DNA of 64,000 bases, taken from the NCBI GenBank assembly GCA_963741955.1, contig CAVUKB010000007.1:1-64000 (forward strand), in the 5' to 3' direction. Below, in pieces: positions 40,413 through 51,679 of this stretch. Under the pieces are notes generated by a model. That model saw only the letters and a program-made list of their open reading frames with translations. It was not told the DNA's origin and did not search any database. This stretch comes from an uncultured Acidobacteriota bacterium. GTDB lineage: Bacteria; Acidobacteriota; Thermoanaerobaculia; Gp7-AA8. Numbering within the stretch: position 1 is the first letter of the stretch; each line of letters begins with the position of its first letter. A program made the translations under genes and the position numbers.

Positions 40413-43400
40413 TCGACGAGAATCAGATTCCGATGGAGAAGCTCCTCAACGCTCTGCAGGAGCGGACCAAGGAGCTCGGGTGCCTCTATCGGGTCGAGGA
40501 GCTTTTCAGCCAGCCGGGGATCACGTTGCCGGAAATTCTGGAGGGGATCGTCCAGGCGATACCTGCGGGTTGGCAGTACGTCGACGTCTGCGAAGCTCAG
40601 ATCACGATCGGCTCGCTGGTGGTGACTTCGCCGGGATACCGCGACACCCCGTGGACGATCGAGTCGCCTCTGACGGTGCAGGATCAGATCGTCGGGCGCA
40701 TCATGGTCGTCTATCTGGAAGAGCGTCCCGCGGAGGATGAAGGACCCTTTCTCAAGGAAGAGCGAAAGCTGATCGACACCATCGCCGACCGGCTCGAGCG
40801 TCGAATCCTCCACGAGAACCTCCGTCTGGTCTTCGAGCGCGAGCGGGAGAGAGCGACCACCGGAGTGGAGTGGCGGATCATCATCGACCTCCTCCGGAGG
40901 ACCGACCCGAAGCTCCTTGCGCGCATCTCGCGCAAGATGCTCTACCACCTCGCGTGGGCCGGCGTCGACGACGTCAATCCGATCATCGAAGATTTCAGCA
41001 ACAACGCGCGGGAGGAAGGTGATCCGGAAGTCGACGAGAACCGACCGCTTCCGCTCACACTGCGCCGCGACTTTCTCGACATGACCGAGCAGATCTTCGA
41101 GATCGCGGCGAACCACATCAGCGAATCGGAGATCCTGTCGAACATCCAGAAGTGGATCAAGGAAGACCGTTCGGGCTTTCTGGTCCGCATCCTGGAGAAT
41201 CCGGTCTCCTCGCTCGCCGAGATCACCAACGCCATCGAGCGTTTCCATCATCTCGCCCCACAGGGGCTGGAGCTCTCGCTCCCGCGGGAACGCTCGTTCC
41301 GCGTCTCCCTGATCCGGCGACTCCTCAGCGATCACTCGGCGTTCATCGGTGCGGCGAAGCACTTCATCGACGTCGACGACTTCTTCGATCTCCTCCGTCA
41401 CGTGATCCATCCCGCCGGGAGCCACGGGAAGCTCGGCGGAAAAGCGGCGGGCCTGGTGCTCGCCTCCCACGTTCTCGAGCGCGACCACACCCGCTCCGAG
41501 ATCTTCGGCGACGTTCGCACGCCGCGGACCTGGTACCTCACCTCGGACGGGATTCTCAACTTCATCGACAGCAATGATCTCGAAGAGATCGTGGAGCTGA
41601 AGTACGAAGATCTCGCGCGCGTGCGGCAGGAGTACCCGTACGTCGTTCACGTCTTCAAGAACTCCCCTCTACCGCCGGAGATCCTGAACGGTTTGTCCGT
41701 GGCTCTCGACGATCTTCCGGAGACACCTCTCATCGTCCGCAGCTCGAGTCTGCTCGAGGACCGGCTGGGGACGTCGTTCGCGGGGAAGTACAAGAGCCTC
41801 TTCATCGCGAATCAGGGATCGAAGCGGGAGCGCCTCGCGTCGCTGGTGGACGCGATCACTGAAGTCTATGCGTCGACGTTCGGGCCCGATCCGATCGAGT
41901 ACCGGTCGGAGCACGGGCTGCTCGATTTCCACGAGGAGATGGGCATCCTGATCCAGGAAGTAGCGGGAGCGAGGGTGGGACGCTATTACATGCCCGCGTT
42001 CGCGGGAGTGGCGTTCAGTCACAACGAGTTCCGCTGGTCGAAACGGATCCGCCGCGAAGATGGATTGATCCGGATGGTGCCGGGGCTCGGGACCCGTGCG
42101 GTGGACCGGATGAGCGACGACTACCCGATTCTGGTCGCTCCGGGGCAGCCGTCTCTCCGGGTGAACGTCACACTCGACGAGAAGGTGCGCTACTCGCCGA
42201 AGATGATGGACGTGATCAATCTGGAGACCAATTCACTCGAAACGGTGGAGGTCGATGATCTGCTGCGCGAGTTCGGCGACGAGTACCCGATGCTCCACCA
42301 GCTCGTCTCGATCCTCCGGGAGGACCGGCTGGTGCAGCCGACAGCGCTCGGGATCGAGCCGCAGAACGACCGGCTGGTGATGACGTTCGAGCGGCTGATC
42401 TCCGAGACGACGTTCGTCGAGCAGATCCGGACCATTCTCGACGTGCTGCAGCAGGAGCTCCGGATGCCGGTGGACATCGAGTTCGCGCACGATGGAAAAG
42501 ATCTCTACCTGGTGCAGTGCCGGCCGCAGAGCTACGGCGCAGCGTCGATTCCGGCGGTCATCCCCCACGACCTCCCCCACGAGAGGATCGTCTTCACCGC
42601 CAAGCGTTACGTCTCGAACGGAACCGTTTCGGGAATCACTCACATCGTCTACGTCGATGCAGATCGATACGACGAGCTCCCGGATCGGGCGGACCGGCTC
42701 GCGGTCGGCCGCGCGGTCGGGCGGCTGAACCAGATCCTTCCCAAGAGGCAGTTCATTCTGATGGGCCCGGGTAGATGGGGAAGCCGTGGGGACATCCGGC
42801 TCGGAGTGAGCGTCACGTACTCCGACATCCACAACACGTCCATGCTGCTGGAGATCGCGAGGAAGAGGCGCGACTACGTTCCGGAGCTCTCGTTCGGAAC
42901 GCATTTCTTCCAGGACCTGGTCGAGGCGAATATCCGCTATCTGCCGCTCTACCCCGATGAGCCGGACGTGATCCTGAACGAAGATCTGCTCATCAGATCG
43001 CGAAATGCACTTCCCGATCTCCTTCCCGATTTCGCCCGATTCGCCGACGTGATCCGGGTCATCGACGTACCGGCTGAAACTGGAGGCATGACCCTCCAGG
43101 TCCTGATGAACGGCGACTCGGATGAAGCGATGGGTCTGTTGACCGAAACCACGCCCGAGATTCAGGAGCCTCAGGTGACCGCTCGGTTCAGTGAAGCCGT
43201 CCAGCGAGTCGACGACAGTCATTGGCAGTGGCGGCTCAGGATGGTCGAACAGATGGCGTCGGTGCTCGACGCGCAGCGCTACGGAGTTCACGCGCTCTAC
43301 CTGTTCGGAAGCACCAAGAACGCGACCGCAGGCTCGGAGAGCGACATCGATCTCCTGATTCACTTCAAGGGTGAGGAACACCAGCGCCGCGAGCTTTCGG

Positions 43401-43624
43401 CATGGCTCGATGCCTGGAGCCTGGCGCTCGGACATCTGAATTACCTCCGGACGGGGAGGCGAATCGAACGGCTTCTCGACGTCCATTTCGTGACCGACGA
43501 GGACCTGCGTCGGAGAACGAGCTTTGCGGCCAAGATCGGGGCGGTCACGGATGCTGCCCGTCCAATTCCGCTCGCCGGAAGGGTCGGCACTCCGAGCCGC
43601 TCGGGACCGGTCACAGCTCCGTAG
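40409..43624 (+). CDS. GAF-like / PPDK_N / nucleotidyltransferase fusion protein
   Basis: N-terminal LQERTKELGCLY...GPFLKEERKL; GKLGGKAAG, IVRSSSLLED, FAGKY, VQCRPQ; C-terminal LYLFGSTKNATAGSESDIDL (GS..DxD). Confidence 0.85.
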   Translation: MIDENQIPMEKLLNALQERTKELGCLYRVEELFSQPGITLPEILEGIVQAIPAGWQYVDVCEAQITIGSLVVTSPGYRDTPWTIESPLTVQDQIVGRIMVVYLEERPAEDEGPFLKEERKLIDTIADRLERRILHENLRLVFERERERATTGVEWRIIIDLLRRTDPKLLARISRKMLYHLAWAGVDDVNPIIEDFSNNAREEGDPEVDENRPLPLTLRRDFLDMTEQIFEIAANHISESEILSNIQKWIKEDRSGFLVRILENPVSSLAEITNAIERFHHLAPQGLELSLPRERSFRVSLIRRLLSDHSAFIGAAKHFIDVDDFFDLLRHVIHPAGSHGKLGGKAAGLVLASHVLERDHTRSEIFGDVRTPRTWYLTSDGILNFIDSNDLEEIVELKYEDLARVRQEYPYVVHVFKNSPLPPEILNGLSVALDDLPETPLIVRSSSLLEDRLGTSFAGKYKSLFIANQGSKRERLASLVDAITEVYASTFGPDPIEYRSEHGLLDFHEEMGILIQEVAGARVGRYYMPAFAGVAFSHNEFRWSKRIRREDGLIRMVPGLGTRAVDRMSDDYPILVAPGQPSLRVNVTLDEKVRYSPKMMDVINLETNSLETVEVDDLLREFGDEYPMLHQLVSILREDRLVQPTALGIEPQNDRLVMTFERLISETTFVEQIRTILDVLQQELRMPVDIEFAHDGKDLYLVQCRPQSYGAASIPAVIPHDLPHERIVFTAKRYVSNGTVSGITHIVYVDADRYDELPDRADRLAVGRAVGRLNQILPKRQFILMGPGRWGSRGDIRLGVSVTYSDIHNTSMLLEIARKRRDYVPELSFGTHFFQDLVEANIRYLPLYPDEPDVILNEDLLIRSRNALPDLLPDFARFADVIRVIDVPAETGGMTLQVLMNGDSDEAMGLLTETTPEIQEPQVTARFSEAVQRVDDSHWQWRLRMVEQMASVLDAQRYGVHALYLFGSTKNATAGSESDIDLLIHFKGEEHQRRELSAWLDAWSLALGHLNYLRTGRRIERLLDVHFVTDEDLRRRTSFAAKIGAVTDAARPIPLAGRVGTPSRSGPVTAP

Positions 43625-43820
43625 GGGCGACCTCACTTTCCGAGGATCGGAAAAGCATCGCGGATCGAGGATTGAGGATCGCGGATCTGAAAAGCATCGC
43701 GGATCGAGGATTGAGGATCGCGTATCTGAGGAGCATTGGGGATCGGGGATCGGGGATCGGGGGTTGGGGAAAGCCCCGGAGGGGCGTTTGACAAGAGCCC
43801 GGGACGCAGTCGTGGGATTT
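43615..43820. repeat. Heptamer tandem repeats with REP-like palindromes between convergent genes
   Basis: 39-bp unit twice (43651-43728) built from G(A/C/G)GGATC-like heptamers; (GGGGATC)n; AGCTCCGTAGGGGCG and AGCCCCGGAGGGGCG. Confidence 0.7.
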
Positions 43821-43854
43821 CTGTATTCGCGCTCTGCCGCTCCGATTGCTGGCA

Positions 43855-44700
43855 TCAGAGGAGCTCGCGCGTCGCTTCGTGCGGAGACTCCGGATCGAAC
43901 CGGACCAGGGCGAGCTCCGGGCCGTCGTGTGCCGCACCGAGGATCGTCGTCGAACCGATCCGCTCTTTCCACTGGCCGGTGATCCGTGCGGATTCGTGGA
44001 CGTGCCCGTGCAGGGTCACCAGAGGCTGAGATGATTCGATGAAGCGGCGGATCGCGATGGATCCGATGTGAGTGTCGAGCGGAACGTGATCGACTGCCAC
44101 TCCGTCGAGCGCCGCGCGGTCGAGAGGCGTCTGGTAAGGCGGAGAGTGGAACAGGCAGATCGCATGCGAGAGATCGACGCCCTTCGTCAGCTCCTCGAGG
44201 TCGCGCGCGATCGTTCCGTACTTCACGTCCGACTCGTCGGCATCCACGCTCCTCCACCCCTCTTCCGGTGAGATGCACCCCGGATCGACGTACCGCGATA
44301 CGTCGTACCGCTCCCAGTCTTTCAGCCGGAATGGAGTCGGAGGCACGCAGCAGTAGCCGAGAACGGGGGAGGACCCGAGGCGGCTGCGCCTCCGGTGGAG
44401 ATAAACGAGGAGCCCTTCCGACTCCATCTCGAGCAGCTGCGACTCGAATTCGCGCGGGTCATCGTTTCCGAAGATGAGGAAGATTCGCGGATATCCCGAT
44501 TGCAGGAGAGCTCGGAGCCTGCGGAGGCGCGGCGCGAAGTCCTCCCTCAGGAATGTCGCAAGAGCGCCCTGATGCGGCGCGGGAAGAATATCGCCGCCCA
44601 TGAAAACCGCCTCGGGCCGCTCCGAAGCGATGGTGCGCACGAGCGCGTCATAGCGATGCGCGCTTCCATGCAGATCCGAGACGAAGAACGCGAGGGTCAT
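43855..44700 (-). CDS. Metallophosphoesterase
   Basis: SDLHG, GGDI, FGNDD, HSPP and HGHVHE motifs. Confidence 0.9.
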   Translation of the reverse strand: MTLAFFVSDLHGSAHRYDALVRTIASERPEAVFMGGDILPAPHQGALATFLREDFAPRLRRLRALLQSGYPRIFLIFGNDDPREFESQLLEMESEGLLVYLHRRRSRLGSSPVLGYCCVPPTPFRLKDWERYDVSRYVDPGCISPEEGWRSVDADESDVKYGTIARDLEELTKGVDLSHAICLFHSPPYQTPLDRAALDGVAVDHVPLDTHIGSIAIRRFIESSQPLVTLHGHVHESARITGQWKERIGSTTILGAAHDGPELALVRFDPESPHEATRELL

Positions 44701-44735
44701 CAGCGCCCATTGTGTCGCAAACCTCGATCGAGGGA

Positions 44736-47267
44736 TCAGGCGTGATGGGTCGACATGACTTCGAGCGGGAGATTCCGAGCCAGCGCAGCCTCGAGCTCCG
44801 ACTGCTTCGTCGGCTTCGACAGATAGTCGTCCATCCCCGCGGAAAGACACTTCTCCCGGTCGCCCTGCAGTGCGTGCGCGGTCATCGCGACGATCCGCGT
44901 CCGGTTCGCGCTGGTCTGTTTCCGGCGGATCTCGACCGTCGCTTCGTAGCCATCCATCACCGGCATCTGGCAGTCCATCAGGACGATGTGGTAATCACCG
45001 TTCAGGACCGCATCCACCGCCTCGGCGCCGTTCGTCGCGACGTCTGCCCGGTAGCCGAGGTTCTGGAGCTGCCCGAGCGCGACCTTCCGGTTGAGCGGTT
45101 TGTCCTCCACCAGGAGAATTCGAACCCGCTCTCTCACTTCCGGCGGCACCACCACGGGCTTTTCTTCGGAGGGCGGCCCCGCGGCCGCATCGATCGCCGG
45201 CATCTCGCGCGCGAGAACCGTGCTCAACGCATCGAAAAGATCGGATGGGGCGACCGGTTTGTTGATGTAGGCCCCGATTCCTGCCGCCCGCGCCTTCGAG
45301 TCGTCGATGATCTCGCCGAGCGGAATCATCATCACCAGACCGGTCGACGCGATCGATGGATCGGCCTTGACCAGTCGGGCGAAACCGATTCCGTCGATCT
45401 CCACGAGTTGACGGTCGAACACCGCGATCCGGTACGGCTCGCCGAGCGAGGCTTCGCTTCGCAGCCGTTCGAGCGCTTCGGTGTAATCACCGGCGGCGCG
45501 GGTTCGCATCCCCCACGACGCGAAGATGTGCGAAAGCACCTTGCGACTCGTTTCGCTGCGGTCGACGATCAGCGCCCGCATGCCGGGGAATCCGCTCTTC
45601 ATCGCGGTGACCGTGATCCGTTCGGCAGTCTTCTTCTGAAACGGGACGGTGAACCAGAAGGTCGAGCCGATACCTTCTTCACTGGTCACCCCGATCTGGC
45701 CCCCCATGATCTCGACCAGCTGCTTCGAGGTGGTCAGGCCGAGGCCGGTGCCGCTGTGCTCCCGCGTGCTGGAGCTGTCGACCTGAAAGAAGGGATCGAA
45801 GATTCTCGGGATGGCATTCTCCGGGATCCCGACGCCGTGATCGGTGATCTCGAAGCGGATCAGATAGTGGGAATCCGTCTCGTTCTGCCCGCGCACCCCG
45901 ATCCGGACCGTGCTCTCCCCGCTGAATTTGATCGCATTCCCGAGAAGATTGGTGAGTACCTGCCTCAGGCGGGCGACGTCGCCGCGAACGATGGGAGGAA
46001 TGTCCTCGTCGACTTCGGCGCGGATGGTGACCTTCCGCTCCATTCCCACCACGTTCATCACATCGACGATCCGCTGCACGCTGCTTCGAAGATCGAAGTC
46101 GGCCAGCGTGATGGAAAGCTTTCCCGACTCGAGCTGCGAAACGTGGAGGATGTTGTTGATGATGCCGAGAAGAGTCTCGGCGCTTCCCTGGGCGGTCTGC
46201 ACGTAGTCGCGTTGTTCCGCGGTGAGAGTCGTACTGTCACCGAGGAGCTGGAGCATGCCGAGAATCACGTTCATCGGCGTGCGGATCTCGTGAGTGATGT
46301 TGGTCAGGAACTGCGACTTGGCGCGCGAGGACTCGAGAGCTTCGTCCCGCGCCTTTCCGAGCTCGATCTCCGACATCTTCCGTTCGGTGATGTCCCGGAA
46401 GATCACCCGGGCGAGGATCACGCTTCCGTTCACCACCTTCGGGATGAGACTTCCTTCGACGATCAGCCTCCGGCCGTCCGCCGCGAGGAACTCGGTCTCC
46501 ACTGTTTCGGCGACTCCGGTCCGGATGATCTGCTGAAACATACGGTTGAAGTCGGGGAGCGCATCGGGGTGGATCGCATCTTCAATCGTCGGTCGATGGA
46601 GCGTACCGTCGGCTCCCGCCAGCGTCTCGATCGCGGCCCGATTGAGGTGCATCAGCCTGCCGTCGGAACGGATGCTCATGATCATGTCATCGGCCGAATC
46701 GAACAGATCCTGGAAGCGCTCGTCGCTCTCGCGCAGCGCTTCACGGACTTCGGCAGTATCGGCGAGCTGGAGGTCGAGCCGCTCGAGACGGCGGCGAAGG
46801 TCGAGCTCAGCACCGACCTCGCGTGCGAGCGTCCGCAGCGCGTTCACCTGTACATTCTGGAGTTGACGGGGAACCCGGTCGAACACTTCGAGCGATCCGA
46901 CGACCATTCCGTCCGAGGTCACGATCGGCGCTCCGGCGTAAAACCGGACGTTGGGCGGGGCCGTCACCAGGGGATTCGAAACGGCGCGCGGATCCTTCTG
47001 TGCATCCTCGATGAGAACGACGTCGTTCGCATCGACGACGAAGCGCGCGAACGCGGCCTCGCGAGGGAACTGGCTCACATTCCAGCGGAATCGCGACTTG
47101 ATCCAGTAGCGGTCCTGGTCGAGGAATCCGAGAATGGCGACAGGAGCTCCGCAGATCTCGGCGGCGAAAGCAGTCAGCTGGTCCAGGTGCGGCTCTGCGG
47201 GAGTGTCGAGAATGCCGCACTCCTGCAGGGTAAGAAGTCTCATTCGATCATTGGTGGAATCGGTCAT
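44736..47267 (-). CDS. Hybrid sensor histidine kinase (GAF-PAS-HisKA-HATPase-REC-REC)
   Basis: VRFYAGAP GAF, THEIRTPMN H-box, NAIKF, DHGVGI, GTGLGL and VLMDCQMPVMDG. Confidence 0.95.
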   Translation of the reverse strand: MTDSTNDRMRLLTLQECGILDTPAEPHLDQLTAFAAEICGAPVAILGFLDQDRYWIKSRFRWNVSQFPREAAFARFVVDANDVVLIEDAQKDPRAVSNPLVTAPPNVRFYAGAPIVTSDGMVVGSLEVFDRVPRQLQNVQVNALRTLAREVGAELDLRRRLERLDLQLADTAEVREALRESDERFQDLFDSADDMIMSIRSDGRLMHLNRAAIETLAGADGTLHRPTIEDAIHPDALPDFNRMFQQIIRTGVAETVETEFLAADGRRLIVEGSLIPKVVNGSVILARVIFRDITERKMSEIELGKARDEALESSRAKSQFLTNITHEIRTPMNVILGMLQLLGDSTTLTAEQRDYVQTAQGSAETLLGIINNILHVSQLESGKLSITLADFDLRSSVQRIVDVMNVVGMERKVTIRAEVDEDIPPIVRGDVARLRQVLTNLLGNAIKFSGESTVRIGVRGQNETDSHYLIRFEITDHGVGIPENAIPRIFDPFFQVDSSSTREHSGTGLGLTTSKQLVEIMGGQIGVTSEEGIGSTFWFTVPFQKKTAERITVTAMKSGFPGMRALIVDRSETSRKVLSHIFASWGMRTRAAGDYTEALERLRSEASLGEPYRIAVFDRQLVEIDGIGFARLVKADPSIASTGLVMMIPLGEIIDDSKARAAGIGAYINKPVAPSDLFDALSTVLAREMPAIDAAAGPPSEEKPVVVPPEVRERVRILLVEDKPLNRKVALGQLQNLGYRADVATNGAEAVDAVLNGDYHIVLMDCQMPVMDGYEATVEIRRKQTSANRTRIVAMTAHALQGDREKCLSAGMDDYLSKPTKQSELEAALARNLPLEVMSTHHA

Positions 47268-47563
47268 CCGTCACGCGCTCCCAGCGCCGTATATGTGTTG
47301 AAAGAAACCTGTGCCGGCGGGAACACTCTCAATGTAATGCCGCACCGGCAGAGTTTGCTGCACGAATAAAAATGTCCGCTCATTCTCCACCTCAGCGGGG
47401 CGGACTGCAAGATCCCCTAACTTTGGTTGAGGTCCTTTCGTTGCAGTATGTTGGGACGGGCGGATCCGTTTCGACGACCCTTCCCGGTAGGAACGTCCGG
47501 AGCGAGAAAGCGGAGCAGCGAGGCCAGATTCGTTCGGATTTGGGCCGCTGATCCGCTTTCGAG

Positions 47564-48427
47564 CTAGCGCAGCCGCTCGGCTCCGGCGTAGACATTGAAG
47601 CGGCGATTCCGGACGAACCCGAGGAGCGTCATCCCTGCCTCGCGCGCCAGATCGACCGCGAGGGAGGAAGGCGCTCCGACCGCGGCGAGGAGGGGGATAC
47701 CTGCGACCGCAGCCTTCTGGACGAGCTCGAAGCTCGCCCGGCCGCTGACCATCAGCACCGAGCTTGCGAGCGGAACGCGCCCGGCGAGAAATTCGCGGCC
47801 GATCACCTTGTCCAGAGCGTTGTGCCGGCCCACGTCTTCGCGGAGAGCTCTGAGCTCTCCCTCCCGCGAGAAGAGCCCCGATGCGTGCAGGCCGCCGGTC
47901 ACGTCGAACGTCTCCTGTCGGCCGCGTAGCTCTTCTTCGAGCCGATGGATGGTCGCCGAGTCGATCGAAAACGCCGAGGCGGACGAACGCACATACGGGA
48001 TCCGAACCGCTTCGATCGAAGTCTTTCCGCAGATGCCGCAGCTCGAGGCGGTGTAGAAGTGACGCTCGAGTCGCGCGAGATCGGGGCTGATCGAGGAAGA
48101 GAGCGTCACCCGGACGATATTGGATCCGCCGTGGGGCTGCTGCGGCCCGCATGCGGCGATCTCTGCGATCTCGCCACGCTCCCGCACGATTCCTTCGGTG
48201 AAGAGAAAACCTGCCGCGAGCTCGTCGTCCTCCCCGGGAGTGCGCATGGTGATGGAGATGGTCTGGCGCTGCGGCGCCCCTCCGTCCATCCATTCGAGCC
48301 GGATCTCCAGAGGCTCCTCGATGGCGACGGCGTCTTCGCGATTCGCGATCCGTTCGTCCGAGCAGAGCCCGATGCGATCGAGACGGAAACTCGAGATCGA
48401 CGATCCGTCCGGCGGCGATAGAGACAT
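47564..48427 (-). CDS. fdhD: Formate dehydrogenase accessory sulfurtransferase
   Basis: EEPLEI, TMRTPG, SSCGICGK, TGGLHAS and EDVGRHNALDK motifs. Confidence 0.95.
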   Translation of the reverse strand: MSLSPPDGSSISSFRLDRIGLCSDERIANREDAVAIEEPLEIRLEWMDGGAPQRQTISITMRTPGEDDELAAGFLFTEGIVRERGEIAEIAACGPQQPHGGSNIVRVTLSSSISPDLARLERHFYTASSCGICGKTSIEAVRIPYVRSSASAFSIDSATIHRLEEELRGRQETFDVTGGLHASGLFSREGELRALREDVGRHNALDKVIGREFLAGRVPLASSVLMVSGRASFELVQKAAVAGIPLLAAVGAPSSLAVDLAREAGMTLLGFVRNRRFNVYAGAERLR

Positions 48428-48523
48428 GTTCCCTCCGCATGCAATTTCCGTGGAAGGAGGATTCACGCGGCCTGCCGCTTGCATCACTGCGAGTCGATTC
48501 GGACCTGAACGAGCGGAGGCGGC

Positions 48524-51500
48524 ATGATCGGTGATCTTTTTCGCGACTGGCCCCTGGTGCGGCAGATCCTCGAGGGAGGAGACGGTACCGGAGAGGAATC
48601 GATGAGCCGCAGGACCCGTGAGCTCCGGCCGCGGAACGAAGACGCCGACGTCGCACGCTCGATCTGTCCCTACTGCGGGGTGGGCTGCGGACAGCTCATC
48701 TTCCACAAGGAAGGAAGGATCGTCTCCATCGAAGGAGATCCGGAGTCGCCGATCTCGCGCGGGCATCTCTGTCCGAAAGGTGCAGCGAGTCAGGAACTGC
48801 TCACCCATCCCGGGAGGCTCACGAAAGTCAGGTACCGCGCGCCCTACACCACCGAGTGGCAGGAGATCTCTCTCGAGCGGGCCATGGAGATGATCGCCGA
48901 CCGGGTCTGGCGCTCGCGCGAGAGGACGTTCGAGCAGAAGCGGGACGGACGGACTCTGATGCAGTGCGGTGGCATCGCGCATCTCGGCGGGGCGACCCTC
49001 GACAACGAAGAGAACTACGTCATCAAGAAGCTCTTCACCGCAGGCCTCGGCATGGTGGCAGTCAGCAACCAGGCCCGGATATGACACAGCTCCACGGTGC
49101 CCGGTCTGGGCACCTCGTTCGGACGCGGCGGAGCAACCACCGCACAGCAGGACCTCGCCAACGCAGACGCCATTCTGATCATGGGATCATCCATGGCCGA
49201 GAATCATCCGGTCGGATTCCAGTGGGTGGTCGAGGCGCGTGAACGAGGAGCGAAGGTCATCCACGTCGACCCCCGCTTCACCCGGACCTCTGCGATGGCC
49301 GATTACTGGGTTCCTCTTCGTCCCGGTACGGACATCGTCTTCCTCGGCGGGATGGTCAACTACGTACTGCAGAACGACCGCGCTTTCCGCGAATACGTCG
49401 CGCACTACACCAACGCTCCCACCATCCTGAAGGAGGAGATGCAGGACACCGAGGACCTCGGCGGCCTCTTCTCGGGATGGAATGACGACAAACAGCAGTA
49501 CTCGCCGGAGAGCTGGTTCTACGAAGGTGCGAAGCGTAAGAGAAGACCGAAGTCGAAGGAGCGTGAAGTCGCCGGACACGAGCCCGAAGGGGGAGGTCAT
49601 GGGAAAGACCGCGGCGGCGAAGCTCAGAGCGTCAAGGACGGAGCGATCGATCGTGATCCGGCCCTCGAGCATCCGCGCTGCGTCTACCAGGTATTGAAGC
49701 GACACTTCGAGCGCTACACGCCGGAGATGGTCGCCCGCTGCTGCGGTATTCCGAAGGAAGCCTTCCTGGAGGTGGCGGAGACGTTCGTCGCGGCGTCCGG
49801 TCCGGAGAAGACCGGCGCGATCTGCTACGCGGTGGGATGGACCCAGCACTCGACCGGCGTGCAGATCATCCGCACCGCAGCGATCCTCCAGCTGCTGCTC
49901 GGAAACATCGGACGCCCCGGCGGTGGAATCCTCGCCCTGAGGGGTCATGCCTCCATTCAGGGCTCCACCGACATTCCGACGCTCTACGACATCCTCCCCG
50001 GCTATCTCGCGATGCCCTTCTTCGAGGCGGATTCCGATTCCCTCAAGCAGTACATCCGGAAGCATTCCGCGAAGACCGGCTGGTGGGCGAACTTCGACAA
50101 GTACATCGTCAGCCTCCTCAAAGCCTACTTCGGCGAAGCAGCGACGAAGGAAAACGAATACGGATTCCATTGGCTGCCGCGGGTGACCGGCGACCACTCG
50201 CACCAGGGCTACTGGCTGGAGATGATGGACGGCGGACTCGAGGGGCTGTTCGTGATGGGACAGAACCCTGCGGTCGGTGCGCCGAACGCAGGGTTGGAGC
50301 GGAAAGCGCTCGCGAAGCTCAAATGGCTCGTGGTGCGCGACCTCGTCGAGACGGAGACGGCGAGCTTCTGGTACGACTCGGCGGAAGTCAGGCGCGGGGA
50401 GGTGAAGCCGGAAGAGATCGGGACGGAAGTCTTTCTGATGCCCGCGGCCGGGCACGCCGAGAAGGAAGGGACGTTCACCAACACGCAGAGGCTCCTGCAA
50501 TGGCACGAGAAGGCGGTCGATCCCCCCGGCGACGCCCGGAGCGAGACGTGGTTCGTCGTCCATCTCGGCAATCTCCTCAAGGAAAAAGCGAAGGCGGAGG
50601 GGGGGCCGCGTAACGAAGGACTGAACGCACTCTGGTGGGACTACGAGCTCGAAGGACGGATGGGCGAGCCGAACGTTCAGCAGATTCTCGCGGAGATCAA
50701 CGGCTGGACGGTGAAGGACCGGAAGCTCGTGAGCGGCTTCACCGACCTGAAGGCGGACGGCTCCACCGCTTGCGGATGCTGGATCTACTCCGGAGTCTTT
50801 CCGTCTCACGACGAGAACAAGGCTCACAAGCGCGATCCTCGAGGCCCGTACGGTCACGGGTGGGGATTCGCCTGGCCCTCGGACCGGAGGATTCTCTACA
50901 ACCGCGCGTCGGCCCGGCCGGACGGGCAGCCCTGGAGCGACAAGAAGAAGCTCATCTGGTGGGATGAAGAGAAGGGCGAATGGACGGGAGACGACGTTCC
51001 GGATTTCACGAAAGACAAACGCCCGGACTACAAGCCGAAGAAGACGTCGAGAGGCGATGCGGGAACGGCCGGCGACCAGCCGTTCATCATGCATTCGGAT
51101 GGAGTCGGATGGATCTGGGTTCCGTCGGGACTGAAAGACGGACCGCTCCCGACCCATTACGAACCGCTGGAGTCGCCGGTCAGAAATCCGCTGTACGAGA
51201 CGCAGGTCAACCCGGCCGCCGACCGGAAGGAACGCCCCGACAATCCGTACGCGTCGTCACCTGATCCGAAGTTTCCCTACGTCCTCACGACGTACCGGCT
51301 GACCGAGCACCATACCGCAGGCGGGATGACCCGGCCGCTCTCACATCTCGCCGAGCTTCAACCGGAGCTGTTCTGCGAGATCTCGCCCGAGCTCGCCGCG
51401 GAAGCGGGAGTCGAGCATGGGTCGTGGGCGAGGATCTCCACCCCGAGGGGAGAAATCCGCGCGCGGGTGATGGTCACCGGAAGGATGCGGTCGATGGAGG

Positions 51501-51679
51501 TGGAGGGGAAAGTCATCCATCAGGTGGGACTGCCGTATCACTGGGGATCGAAGGGACTGGTCCAGGGAGACGTAGTGAACGACCTGGTCGCGATGTCCGA
51601 AGAACCGAACGTCAGGATCATGGAGACGAAGGCCCTGCTGTGCAACCTCGAAAGCATCGGGGAAGCATCTGATATCTGA
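48524..51679 (+). CDS. fdnG: Selenocysteine-containing formate dehydrogenase alpha subunit (UGA read-through at 49082-49084)
   Basis: CPYCGVGC and LCPKG Fe-S motif; NQARI-TGA-HSSTVPGLG in frame with the rest; ALRGH, TYRLTEHH. Confidence 0.92.
49085..49116 (+). promoter_or_regulatory. Bacterial SECIS-like hairpin
   Basis: Directly after the UGA: CACAGCTCCAC GGTGCCC GGTCT GGGCACC (7-bp stem, GGU-containing loop, about 11 nt from the UGA). Confidence 0.8.

Noticed and set aside
44712-47369. 885-aa plus-strand ORF, and similar long ORFs at 11977-13536, 20842-22407, 49187-51157 and 57910-59916
   Set aside because: Antisense or alternate-frame shadows of well-supported genes, typical of high-GC DNA.
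47270-48523. tRNA-Sec or sel genes near the FDH operon
   Set aside because: No tRNA cloverleaf or selA/selB/selD motifs were recognised in the window.
49082-49084. Nonsense mutation splitting the FDH alpha subunit
   Set aside because: The UGA is at the conserved Cys/Sec ligand position, is in frame, and is followed by a SECIS-like hairpin.
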